Assembly (NCBI GenBank): GCA_963847445.1
Contig: CAWJZV010000017.1
Span: 96,001 to 160,000 of the forward strand
Reading direction: 5' to 3'
Origin: an uncultured delta proteobacterium
GTDB taxonomy: Bacteria; Desulfobacterota; Binatia; UBA9968
Length of the DNA: 64,000 nucleotides
Shown: positions 1 through 9,794 of the stretch, piece by piece
Position numbering within the stretch: position 1 is the stretch's first letter
Layout: every line of letters starts with the position of its first letter
Translations under genes and position numbers: made by a program
Notes under the pieces: model-generated
What the model saw: only the letters and a program-made list of their open reading frames with translations
Database searches by the model: none
What the model was told of the DNA's origin: nothing

Positions 1-1254
1 AGGTGATTCAGCATCCGCGTGATGGTGTCGTCATCAAAACGCTGCCGATCGTAGGTGATTTCCAGCGATAAATCCGGCCCCAGATAGCCCGCGACCGTCA
101 GCGGATAATGGGTCATCCCGCGCAGGTGAAATTCGCGGTTTTTCCACCGATCGCCTTGCTCGTGCATCAAGGCATTGAGTTGGTAATTTTCAAAAACGAG
201 CAGGCTGTCGAATAATGGTTTGCCCGAGGGAACGGGGCTCCATTCGTGGATTTTGACCAGTGGAGTATGCTCGAAATCCCGCATGGCAATCCATTGGGAA
301 CGCAGTGTCTGCAAAAATGGAAGCAGCCTGCTGTTCGGAGACACACGAACCGGCACCGGAACCGTGTTGATCAGAAGTCCAACGACGGAATCGGCCCCTT
401 CGAACGCCGCGTGACGGCCGGCCCGGGTTGCGCCGAAGACGACGTCGTTCTCCCCGCTGTAGCGGCTTAGGAGCAATGCCCAGGCTCCTTGCAGCAAGGT
501 GTTGGGCGTCAACTGGTACCGTTCGACCAAGGAGCGAAGGGCACGAGTATCGGTTTTGGAAAGCCGGGCGGTCTTCTCGCCATAACTCTGCACCTGCTGC
601 GGGATTGGTTGGCGATGATTTCCGGCCAGACTTTGTTCGGCGTTGAGATCTTTCAGTCTCGCGCGCCAGAAATTCTCCGCTTCGCAAATGTTTTGTTTCT
701 GAAGCCAGTCGATGTACGACCGATAGGGCGAAGGATTGCTTAAACTTAAGTTGTCGCCACGACAAATGGCTTCATAGAACGCGAAGACTTCGTTGAGGAG
801 CAAGACGCGCGAGCGGCCGTCAAATAGAGCGTGATGAGAAGTCCAAATTAATCGGTATTCAGCTTGAGCGCAGCGAAGCAGCGTCAATCGCATCAGCGGG
901 GCTTGATCCAGGTGAAACCCAAGCTGCCGGTCGGTTTGCAGAAAGCTTTCGAGTTGTTTTTCCTGTTCATCAAGAGTTCGATCGCTCCAATCCAAATGTT
1001 TCAAGGGAAGTTGGACATCTCGATGCACTTGTTGGACGGGCGGCTCCGTCCCTTCCCAGAAAAAGCTTGTCCGCAGCGCGGCATGGCGGCGCAAGACTTG
1101 ATCCCAGGCTCGCTGAAAAGCGCTGACATTCGAGCTCTTCGCGGAGCACGGCAACGAGCTGCTGAATATAGACACCCGATTGCGGCGCCGACAAGCTATG
1201 GACGAGCATGCCATGTTGTAATGGCGACAGGGGGTATGAGTCTTCAATCTGCAT
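1..1254 (-). CDS. NRPS, N-terminal condensation domain (DCL-like); frameshifted, runs off the left edge
   Basis: Starts MQIEDSYPLSPLQHGML. After frame changes reads RHAALRTSF...PLMRLTL...WTSHHALFDG (HHxxxDG at about 815-835) and ...LSLEITYDRQRFDDDTITRML near position 1. Confidence 0.85.
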
Positions 1255-1331
1255 AAGGAAAAACTTTTTGCGCTCGATGTATGTACGTCGTTACCGAACC
1301 AACCTGAATCGCATTGAATCTAGCCGCGCTT

Positions 1332-1550
1332 TTATTCCTCGGAGCTATTTTCTGCCATTTTGTTTCTCAAACTTAGCGGTCTCATGTCGGTCCAAACTTT
1401 CTTGATATAAGCCAAACAATCGGCCTTCAGCGCTTCTTTACCAGCATCTTTCCAACCGAGGGGATTGGGTTTTTCCACTGGCCAGATCGAGTATTGTTCT
1501 TCGTGATTTACCACTACTTTGTAAATCCTATTGTCTTCTGTTTCTTCCAT
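1332..1550 (-). CDS. mbtH: MbtH-like NRPS accessory protein
   Basis: [13 protein letters not shown]...GW...[18 protein letters not shown] signature; directly upstream of the NRPS. Confidence 0.95.
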   Translation of the reverse strand: MEETEDNRIYKVVVNHEEQYSIWPVEKPNPLGWKDAGKEALKADCLAYIKKVWTDMRPLSLRNKMAENSSEE

Positions 1551-2058
1551 TGCAATTCCCTACCTTTCCTAGAGCTTCAATTGGAGCGGTCGGCATCGAC
1601 AGCTACGATCCTAGCTTGTTGCAATCTCGATCTAAAAATCAAGAAGCTAATTTAACGGTTTACCACTCGTGAGACATTTGGTGCCATTCAGGGACAACGC
1701 GCGACACTTCTTTGCTTTCGACTGCGTGGTGTTGCATCCCCTGTCGGGTAAATCCTTGCAGGGCGTGAATGCAACTACCGAGTTCTGGCCTTGCTGCAAC
1801 TTGGTCGCGATTTCGCATCGTGTACGGGAGTTTGTCGATTTGAACGCAACGACAAAATGGCTGGCAGTTTTGTTATACCGTTGTGTGTAGGGGGGTGCAA
1901 TGGAGACAATGCAGCCTTAGAGGTCGCCGGTGACAACGAACTAGATTATCCGATTGACCGATTTCACGGAACGTACCCACCCAATATCAGGTGGTCCCCG
2001 GTGGTTTTCTGAGCGCAGCGGCGAACGATGGTAGCTTGGCCAGCTGGAGGATCCAGTT

Positions 2059-2822
2059 GATGGCCAAAGAAAGGACCAGCGTTCGTATGCAAACTCAGAT
2101 CAAGGTTATGTCGGCGCAGGGGCACTCGCTGCGCAGTATCGCTCGGGTGCTTCGGCTTTCGCGCCGCACCGTACGGAAGTATTTAGAACCAGACCCCCAG
2201 CCGCCCAGTGAGAACGGTGGCTGGGAGGACAAGATAGACTGGGATTATGTGCGCCACGAAGTCTACGGCAAAGGGACCACGGTCAAACAGATTGGCCGGG
2301 AGGTTGCCTCAGAGATCGCGTATGTAAAGTTCTGGCGGGTGTTTCGTGAACAGGCCGGACACAAAGCCAGTCCACAACAAGTCACCATTCGACTTCATCA
2401 CAAGCCGGGGAAAAAACCCAGGTCGATTTCGGCGACGGTGTTTTTATCACTGAGCGAGAAAGCGGCAAGAAGACGCTCACGCAGTTTTTCTTGGGCGTGT
2501 TGCCGTTTAGTTCGTACACCTTCGGGGAGTTTGTTTTAGACCAGAAACTGCCGACCTTCATCGGCGTCCAACAACGCATGTTCGCTTACTTTGGCGGGGT
2601 CACCCCGTACCTGGTGGTGGACAATCTCAAGAGCGGGGTACATAAGGCCCATCTCTACGATCCCGACGTTAATCCGACCTATTGCGATTTTGCCAATCAC
2701 ATGGGCTTTGCCGTGCTGCCGGCCCGGCCCTACAAACCCAAAGACAAGGGCTCGGGGGAATGTCACATCGGAGTTCTGCAAAGAGGCTTCTTTCAGGAAG
2801 TGCGTAACCGGGTCTTCTATTC
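2059..2822 (+). pseudogene. istA: IS21 transposase IstA, frameshifted (about 2410) and 3'-truncated
   Basis: N-terminal HTH (SLRSIARVLRLSRRTVRKYL); FGGVTPYLVVDNLKSGV and ARPYKPKDKG motifs. Confidence 0.85.
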
Positions 2823-2924
2823 ATCGGCGAGCCCACTATCGCAGACGCCATCTGCGATCGCTTGCTGCACCACAGTTACAAAATTGAACTGAAAGGAGAC
2901 TCGATTAGAAAGAACAAGAAATGA
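2823..2924 (+). pseudogene. istB: C-terminal remnant of IS21 helper ATPase IstB
   Basis: Reads IGEPTIADAICDRLLHHSYKIELKGDSIRKNKK*, the typical IstB C-terminus. Confidence 0.85.
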
Positions 2925-3064
2925 GAAAACCGACTTGCAACTTAATGAAGCCTTAGGCTATGAAAAAAACTCCAGCGTCGCTTCGCTCCGACCCCCGGCC
3001 GCAGTCAGCGAAATAGGGGGCCGAAATGCAGCGAAGTCACCGGCCGAGTTGTGCGAAATATCCA

Positions 3065-3573
3065 TCCGGCGATGCCCAGACACTGAAGTACCCATGTGAA
3101 CACCGTCCGATGGGTTTCCAAATCGATCAATCGCCGCGTCCGCGATATCGTCGAATGATCCGGCGCACACTCTGTCAGCCCCAGCTCAAGGAACGATCGC
3201 ACTCCCGAGGAGTCCGCCGCGCGCCACGCCATGGCGCGTTCAGAGTCCAGGCATTCGAAGTAGCCAAGTAATAGAAAACGGAAATATCGTCCAGGCGCCA
3301 GACTGGGCCGCCCCATCTTCTCGGCATAGAACGACCGGCACTGCGCTTCGACAAACTCGTCGAACCCATGCTTGGCCAATAACCCGTTGAGCTTCTCGTA
3401 GAACGGGTGGCTCACAGACTTCGGCAGCTCGCTCACTGCCACCCATATCGCCGACTGCTCTTCGCGCTTCTTTGTCCCATCGCCATGTAAAAAACTTTAA
3501 ACCCTATCAACCTTCGTGTCGATCACTTACGGTTTTCTACCGTCACTCTGTGCGCGACTTTCACCACGGGCTG
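3065..3573 (-). mobile_element. IS1182/IS5-like element remnant: one terminus plus transposase N-terminus (start 3486), cut off at the IS21 end
   Basis: HPFYEKLN...GRPSLAPGRYFR...SERAMAWRAADS...PDHSTISRTR (DUF772-type). Terminus CAGCCCGTGGTGAAAGT (3557-3573, minus) abuts CTAG at 3574-3577. Confidence 0.8.
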
Positions 3574-4009
3574 CTAGACGCGAAGCCGATAGTCCCAGTC
3601 CGGAGGAGCCAACCCGCTTGCCTTTCACGTCGGCGATGGTTTTGACGCCCGGCCCGCCGACAATCAAAAACGCCAGTGACGGCGTCCCGCCGAAGATCGC
3701 TTGCACCGGCACGCCGCCGGCGGTGGTGACGATACGCGAGATCGGACCGTCGTAGGATACATCGAGGGCGCCACTGACCATCATCTGCGCCCCCTGCGTG
3801 CCGCCGCTGACATTGACCTGTTTGACGTCTAGACCATTCTTTTTGAAGTAGCCTTCTTGCTCGGCGATCCACAGCGGCGCCAAGCGCGCGTTGCGAAAGC
3901 TCATGCCGAAGTTGACGGTGATGTTTTTCGCGTGGGCGGTCAGTGCATTCGCGGCGGTGAATAAGAAAACGGCTGCGATGATCAAGCGATGACGTGTTGA
4001 GGTTTTCAA
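3574..4009 (-). pseudogene. ABC substrate-binding protein (SsuA/NMT1-like), truncated by IS insertion
   Basis: Signal peptide, PLWIAEQEGYFKKNGLDV, DVKGKRVG; similarity ends at the CTAG/IS junction. Confidence 0.8.
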
Positions 4010-4364
4010 TGAGGATCCTCCCAAAGAAGTATGCCGAGTCACGCGCTCGGGTGGTTTAGTTTCTATAGCTCAAAGAGAGAGTTGGTGACAAAGGAAATAT
4101 TGAAGTGGTGTTCGTAAGCAAACGCCTTACGTCCACTTTTCTTCACCGATTTAGTTAGCTGTAACGTAACCGAGATGCAGTGCGCTGAAGGCGTTCGGTC
4201 AGCCGAAGAAGCGGGATACAATCAAACGAATGATCTTTTGCATGAAACAAGCGTTGTCTGAAGACCTGATCCTGATTCTCTATTGCATGGTACTAAGTAT
4301 AATTATCTTGTAAAATCACTTAGAAAAGCAGATAAGCCTGTTCACAAGGACACTCATAAGTACA

Positions 4365-5363
4365 ATGGCCAGTGCTGACCAATTAAAGGCGCTCATCAAG
4401 AGTCACGCTGAAGGTGACGATGAGAGGTTTTACACGATTGCAATACAGGTCGCAGCGCAAGCTGCGCGTCAAGGACATACCAGATTTGCGACCGAACTTC
4501 GGGACTTAGTTATGCGAGCAAAGGCTCGTGGAAACGTCGTTCTGTTGGGTCAGCAGACAAGGCCAGTGCCGCTAGTTCAACCTCGCGGCGAGCTTGCAGG
4601 GCTTTTGACGGCGGCGTATCCCAAACTTCGCCTCGCAGATATGGCGCTGGAGGAGAAAGTAAGATCCCGAGTAGAACGTGTACTTCTAGAACAACGGCAA
4701 CGAGAGCGAATTCGGCAGCATGGTTTTACGGCTCTCCGTAAACTGCTCTTTATAGGTCCGCCCGGCACCGGAAAAACGATGACCGCAGGGGTCTTGGCCG
4801 GTGAGCTTGGGTTACCGCTCTTTACGATTCAACTCGACGGGCTAATTACAAAGTACCTTGGGGAAACAGCGGCAAAGCTTCGTCTTATCTTCGATGCAAT
4901 CCAGCAGACCCGTGCCATTTACTTGTTCGACGAGTTCGATGCCCTTGGGAGCGAACGAACGGCGCGAAATGAAGTTGGAGAAATCCGTCGGGTTCTAAAT
5001 TCTTTTCTCTTGTTTCTTGAAGAAACTCAGTCGGAAAGCATTATTGTCGCTGCAACGAATCATCCGAAGCTGTTAGACCGTGCACTCTTCAGAAGGTTCG
5101 AGGCCGTGATAGAATTTAGTCCGCCTTCTAAAGTCGTGGCAGAAAAGGTGCTTCGGTCTAGACTTGCGCTATTGGAGACGACCGGGCTGGAATGGCCGAA
5201 GGTTGTTCACGCGGCAACTGGGCTCAGTCACGCAGATATCGCTCGTGCCTGTGAGGACGCCGCTAAAGATGCAATTCTCGCTCACCGCGCTCGCATTGAG
5301 ACCAGGGAACTCGTTCGGGCTCTCACCGAACGACGAGCTGCGCACAAACCAGCTCGTAGTTAG
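4365..5363 (+). CDS. ietA: AAA+ ATPase of IetAS-type ATPase/protease module
   Basis: Walker A GPPGTGKT, Walker B YLFDEFD, SRH AATNHPKLLDRALFRRF; family N-terminus MASADQLKALIKSH. Confidence 0.85.
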   Translation: MASADQLKALIKSHAEGDDERFYTIAIQVAAQAARQGHTRFATELRDLVMRAKARGNVVLLGQQTRPVPLVQPRGELAGLLTAAYPKLRLADMALEEKVRSRVERVLLEQRQRERIRQHGFTALRKLLFIGPPGTGKTMTAGVLAGELGLPLFTIQLDGLITKYLGETAAKLRLIFDAIQQTRAIYLFDEFDALGSERTARNEVGEIRRVLNSFLLFLEETQSESIIVAATNHPKLLDRALFRRFEAVIEFSPPSKVVAEKVLRSRLALLETTGLEWPKVVHAATGLSHADIARACEDAAKDAILAHRARIETRELVRALTERRAAHKPARS

Positions 5364-5369
5364 TAAGAA

Positions 5370-7886
5370 ATGGCGGCTCCACGCAACCGAAAGCACCTCG
5401 TCGTAGTTACACCTCCATCGACGGAAGCATACAGAAGCCATGCTCGTATAATAACGGCACCCACCTTGCCAGTGCCGCCTGACAGAGGAAGGCATGCTAG
5501 GGAACTGCGTTCAGCGTTAGTAAACGCTGAACGCGAATCATTAGAGAGCCGGCAAGCTGTTGGCATTCGAGTGCACGGGGCAACGCCCGGTCTGTATGTA
5601 CAGTTTGAGAGCCCTCCTGGAATCGACCTAAGACTTGAGTCCCTTGAAGACAAGCGCAAAGGTATTGAGGTCGTTGCGGTGAGACATCTAGGGGATCCAC
5701 CGGTCCAGCTCGCGACGGTTTTTGTGCCTGACGGAGAGATCAAGCACTTTATTAGGCGATTTGAGAAATACGAATTCGAGAAAACAAAAAAAGATGAGCC
5801 CCGGCACAAAGATATGGTTGACCGAATCGCTGCATTGCAACGGGCGACCCTCCGTGCGCTTTGGACTGACGAGGCGAACGAATACCCTTCCGAGAATCAA
5901 CCAATCTGGTGGGAAGTGTGGTTGCGCCGCCATGACGGTGGAGAATTGGAACGTTTAAGTGCGTTCTCACGCGTGATTGGCCTCGTCCTTGGTGAGCAAT
6001 CGCTAGCCTTTGATGAACGAATCGTTGTCCTTGTGAGGGGAACAGCCAGACAGCTAGCCGGATCTCTCGATGTACTCAATGATGTTGCCGAGGTACGCAA
6101 AGCGAAGGAGAGCGCGGCATTCTTTGTAGATGCCTCGCCGACAGAACAGGCGAACTGGTCGGACGACCTGAGGGCGCGAACAACACCGCCCGGAGCAGAC
6201 GCTCCTGCTGTTTGCGTACTGGATACTGGCGTGACCCGCAATCATCCATTGATTCAGGATCTCTTATCACCAGGGGATTTGATGACGGTGAATCCTAATT
6301 GGGGGCCGCAAGATGATGGTGGCGGACCTGGCCAAATGGGGCACGGGACCGAAATGGCGGGGCTTGCTGCTTATGGAGATCTCACGGGCGTTCTCATGTC
6401 GGTGGCGCCGGTAAACATGCGGCATCGATTGGAATCTGTTAAAATTCTTCCACCGAGGGGAAGCAATCCCCAACAACTTTATGGCGCGATCACGGCGCAG
6501 AGTGTTGCGTTACCGGAGATTAACACACCCAATCGCCTACGAGTTTTTTCGCTTTCGGTTACAGCAATTGACCAACGGGACCGTGGCCAACCGACTTCGT
6601 GGTCTGCTGCTGTTGATGCACTTGCAGCCGGTCGAAGTTTTGATCCCGGAACTCAAGGTCTCATATACATAGATAGTGCTGAGGCCGAAGCGCATCGTCT
6701 TTTCGTAGTTAGCGCTGGGAATGTCCAACCTGAAATGTTTGAACCAGCTCACCTCAATCAGAGCGATGTTCAGCCGGTTCACGACCCTGCGCAGGCGTGG
6801 AACGCGCTGACTGTCGGGGCCTTTACGGAGAAAAGCGTGATTACACATCGTGATTGGGATGGATGGAGTGCACTCTCACCACCAGGTGAATTATCTCCCC
6901 ATAGTACAACTTCGGTCATGTTCCAGGATATCTGGCCTACTAAACCGGACGTTGTGTTTGAAGGTGGCAACGTGGCTTACAATGGAACGGACTTTGATCC
7001 AGGCGTTCCAGATCTTTGTCTACTTTCGACTCACTACCAACCAAATGAGAAACTATTCGTACTGTCGCGTGCAACGAGTGCTGCTACAGCGCAGGTCGCG
7101 CGCATCGCGGCCATTATTCTGGCAGATTATCCAACCTTCTGGCCTGAAACTGTTCGAGCGCTCATTGTTCATTCAGCCAAATGGACACAACCGATGGAAA
7201 ACCAGCTAATTGGTGTGTCGGGAAAGCGGGCAAGAGCAATACTCGTACATCGTTACGGCTTCGGTGTACCGCAATTGGAGAGAGCTCTACGGAGTGCGAA
7301 TGACTCGCTCACGCTCGTTGCCCAAGGTATCTTGCGTCCATTCACAGTCGGGAAGATGCGTGAAATGCATTTTTATCGATTGCCATGGCCAAAGGAGGCT
7401 TTGGAGGAGTTGGGTGGTGCGGTGGTGCGTTTGCGCATTACTCTTTCATACTTTGTAGAACCAAACCCTAGCCGACGAGGCTGGAAACGTAGGTACAGAT
7501 ACGCATCTCATGGCCTTCGATTCGACGTAAAACTTCCGACCGAGGATATTGATACTTTTCGTAAGCGCCTGAACAAGCGCGCGTTGGAAGGGGATGAAGA
7601 TAAACCGCAAAGCAGTAGCGATTCTGCAGATTGGTTTTTGGGTGAACAGGCACGGAACAAAGGATCAATTCACTCCGACATCTGGAAAGGTACCGCAGCC
7701 GACTTGGCCGAGCGCGGCGTAATTGGTGTCTGTCCCGTTTCCGGGTGGTGGAAAGATCAGCCAAAACGAGATCGAAGTGATTTTGGTGCTCGCTATGCAC
7801 TTGTAGTCAGCATTGAGACCGATGCGGAAGATGTGGATATCTGGACGCCTGTCGCTCAACAAATCGGGGTGTTGATTGAGGTGTAA
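5370..7886 (+). CDS. ietS: S8 subtilisin-like serine protease of IetAS-type module
   Basis: Triad motifs VLDTGV, HGTEMAG, ATSAAT; oxyanion SAGN; YGFGVP; no signal peptide; 6 bp after the ATPase. Confidence 0.85.
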   Translation: MAAPRNRKHLVVVTPPSTEAYRSHARIITAPTLPVPPDRGRHARELRSALVNAERESLESRQAVGIRVHGATPGLYVQFESPPGIDLRLESLEDKRKGIEVVAVRHLGDPPVQLATVFVPDGEIKHFIRRFEKYEFEKTKKDEPRHKDMVDRIAALQRATLRALWTDEANEYPSENQPIWWEVWLRRHDGGELERLSAFSRVIGLVLGEQSLAFDERIVVLVRGTARQLAGSLDVLNDVAEVRKAKESAAFFVDASPTEQANWSDDLRARTTPPGADAPAVCVLDTGVTRNHPLIQDLLSPGDLMTVNPNWGPQDDGGGPGQMGHGTEMAGLAAYGDLTGVLMSVAPVNMRHRLESVKILPPRGSNPQQLYGAITAQSVALPEINTPNRLRVFSLSVTAIDQRDRGQPTSWSAAVDALAAGRSFDPGTQGLIYIDSAEAEAHRLFVVSAGNVQPEMFEPAHLNQSDVQPVHDPAQAWNALTVGAFTEKSVITHRDWDGWSALSPPGELSPHSTTSVMFQDIWPTKPDVVFEGGNVAYNGTDFDPGVPDLCLLSTHYQPNEKLFVLSRATSAATAQVARIAAIILADYPTFWPETVRALIVHSAKWTQPMENQLIGVSGKRARAILVHRYGFGVPQLERALRSANDSLTLVAQGILRPFTVGKMREMHFYRLPWPKEALEELGGAVVRLRITLSYFVEPNPSRRGWKRRYRYASHGLRFDVKLPTEDIDTFRKRLNKRALEGDEDKPQSSSDSADWFLGEQARNKGSIHSDIWKGTAADLAERGVIGVCPVSGWWKDQPKRDRSDFGARYALVVSIETDAEDVDIWTPVAQQIGVLIEV

Positions 7887-8092
7887 CGATTGAAGTATAA
7901 ATTGTTTGACTCTGATCGGTCCTTTGTCACGGCCTCTAGATTTTGACAGTCGATTTCTTATCCACGACCAACAGGAAAAAACTGCTCTTTGTGAATCGTC
8001 GAAACAACAAAAGCAATTTAACCAAGTCTACTGCGCAATAGTCATTGTTTGGGGTCTAAGTGCAGGCCCGTAAAGCAGTGATCGCTGGTTCA

Positions 8093-8599
8093 CTAATCCG
8101 GAGTGGTCCCGATCGATACCTGCGTCACGCACCAGGATAGCAGCTCCATCTGCGGCATGGTCTCCACCATAGAGCCCGCGCGGGAAACTAAGCTTTCCGC
8201 TTCGGTGATCGGTTGGCCCATGGCGAGCAGCACGGAGACGGCGAGCATGGCGGTGCGGCCGACGCCGCCGGCGCAATGAACCAGCACCGCTTCGCCGGAG
8301 TGCAGTCGGTTGGCGACATCGTTGGCGAGGGCCCAAAAGGCGTCTTTGTTCTCCGGCACGCCGCCTTCGCGTATTTCAAAAGGCACGACGGAACAGGGCA
8401 CCGTGCCGGCATCCAGCGCCTCGGCGTATTTAACCGATTTTTGGCGAATCTCGAAATCTTCGTTCAAGCAGACGATGGCGCCGACCGCATCGGTCTTCAC
8501 CTGATGCCAAACTTTATCGATGGTTTCAAAGCGGCCGGGCATGCTGTGGAGCAGCAGTCTTCCAGGAACCGAGGCAGGCAGTTCGACACTACGAAACAT
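8093..8599 (-). CDS. Dual-specificity/tyrosine protein phosphatase (CX5R)
   Basis: HCAGGVGRT P-loop, SMPGR N-motif, VETMPQ; GGAG RBS before ATG 8599. Confidence 0.85.
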   Translation of the reverse strand: MFRSVELPASVPGRLLLHSMPGRFETIDKVWHQVKTDAVGAIVCLNEDFEIRQKSVKYAEALDAGTVPCSVVPFEIREGGVPENKDAFWALANDVANRLHSGEAVLVHCAGGVGRTAMLAVSVLLAMGQPITEAESLVSRAGSMVETMPQMELLSWCVTQVSIGTTPD

Positions 8600-8754
8600 C
8601 TTGGTTTCTCCAGTTAGAAATGGATCTTCACCGTCACGTTTACAAATATGCAATCGACAATCGATAAACAAGCAGGCCCGGGGAAACCTTCGAGGATCAA
8701 CTAAAGCGAACGTAAGGTTACAACCAAAACTGGCTAGAACTGAGGGGCCGCGGA

Positions 8755-9402
8755 CTAGCCGAGCTTGACGATGCGTATGCCGCTGGTGCGAAGCTGTTGG
8801 AGGAACTGCTCGTTTGGGCGGGTGGGAAAATGAAACGCTGAGAAAATCTTGTTCTCCATTTTATGATTGCGAAATGAGATGGCGTCAATTATACCCAGCC
8901 GACATTGCTCGGCTAATTGGCTAATCAGATTGAGGGTCTTGCCGACGTCGTCGGATTCCACGACCAGCCGGATGGCGTGGTCGTCGGCACCGGTCATGTT
9001 GAGCATGGCGTCGAAAACGTCGGATTCCGTTAGGATCCCAGCTAAAATGCCCGCTCGTATCACCGGCAGGGCGTTGATCCGCCGGGTGCGGAAAATGCGC
9101 GCGGCCTCTTCTATCGGGCAATAGGGTTCAACCGTGACGACATTGCGCACCATGATCGTCGAGATCGGTTGGGGCACGGTGTTGTCGGCGACTTCGAGAG
9201 AAAACGGGTTGAGATGATTGGGAAAGGCCCGGGCGAGATCGTATTTGGACAGCAATCCGGCCAATTTTTTCCCGTTGGTCGCGGCTTCTGCGACCAGTAA
9301 GTGGCGGAATTTGTGCCGGCCCATGAACAGTGCCGCTGCTGAAATCGTCATAGTCGGCGGCACCGTCAGTGGGTCGGGCGTCATCCAATTCTCAACAAAC
9401 AT
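8755..9402 (-). CDS. CBS-pair protein, AcuB-like (CBS + ACT-like)
   Basis: MFVENWMTPDPLTV; two CBS repeats (LPV...GILTESDVF); ACT-like C-terminus. Confidence 0.8.
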   Translation of the reverse strand: MFVENWMTPDPLTVPPTMTISAAALFMGRHKFRHLLVAEAATNGKKLAGLLSKYDLARAFPNHLNPFSLEVADNTVPQPISTIMVRNVVTVEPYCPIEEAARIFRTRRINALPVIRAGILAGILTESDVFDAMLNMTGADDHAIRLVVESDDVGKTLNLISQLAEQCRLGIIDAISFRNHKMENKIFSAFHFPTRPNEQFLQQLRTSGIRIVKLG

Positions 9403-9794
9403 TGACTGAATTTCTCCCGGAAGGAATAGCTACCCGTTCTCTCTAGTGAACTATCGGCTGGTGCGATGGCGAGCTTTAACTACGAGCCGATTATTAATAC
9501 TGTCGGCGTCGGATTGCTTTGCGCCTGAACGGCGACGGCGGCAATGAAAAAGCCCATTGAGCCAAACGCCAAAGAGAACGGATAAGGTCTCGAAATGGGC
9601 TTGCTACGGTCCAGTCGCTACATCGCATGGGTCGCTGTGGCGTCTTAGCACAAGTCGTAAGAAAATCGCATGCGCCGATAAGAGCTGCGAGTTACGTAGC
9701 AATTGCCAGTTTCCAAGTTTATTATGTTTCTCAAGATAGTTGTGCGTATTACGGACAACCTAGTCACGTGGAGTTAACAAGGAGTAGGTAAGAG

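Larger units (their letters stand above)
1942..3064 (+). mobile_element. Internally deleted IS21-family element
   Basis: istA and istB fragments. Right end has three GGCCG..CGAA repeats (2997, 3019, 3042) and ends in CA. GAGCGCAGCGGCG (2011) is an inverted match to CGTCGCTTCGCTC (2976). Left boundary is approximate. Confidence 0.75.

Noticed and set aside
3557-3573. IS1182-like terminus as parent of the CACCACGAAG elements (shared CGTGGTGAAA)
   Set aside because: The shared motif points the opposite way relative to the element end, and the CAGCC terminus and CTAG target are absent from the repeats.
7880-7960. Integron attC site after ietS (TAAC at the stop codon)
   Set aside because: It does not match RYYYAAC, has no paired GTTRRRY or L boxes, and there is no integrase.
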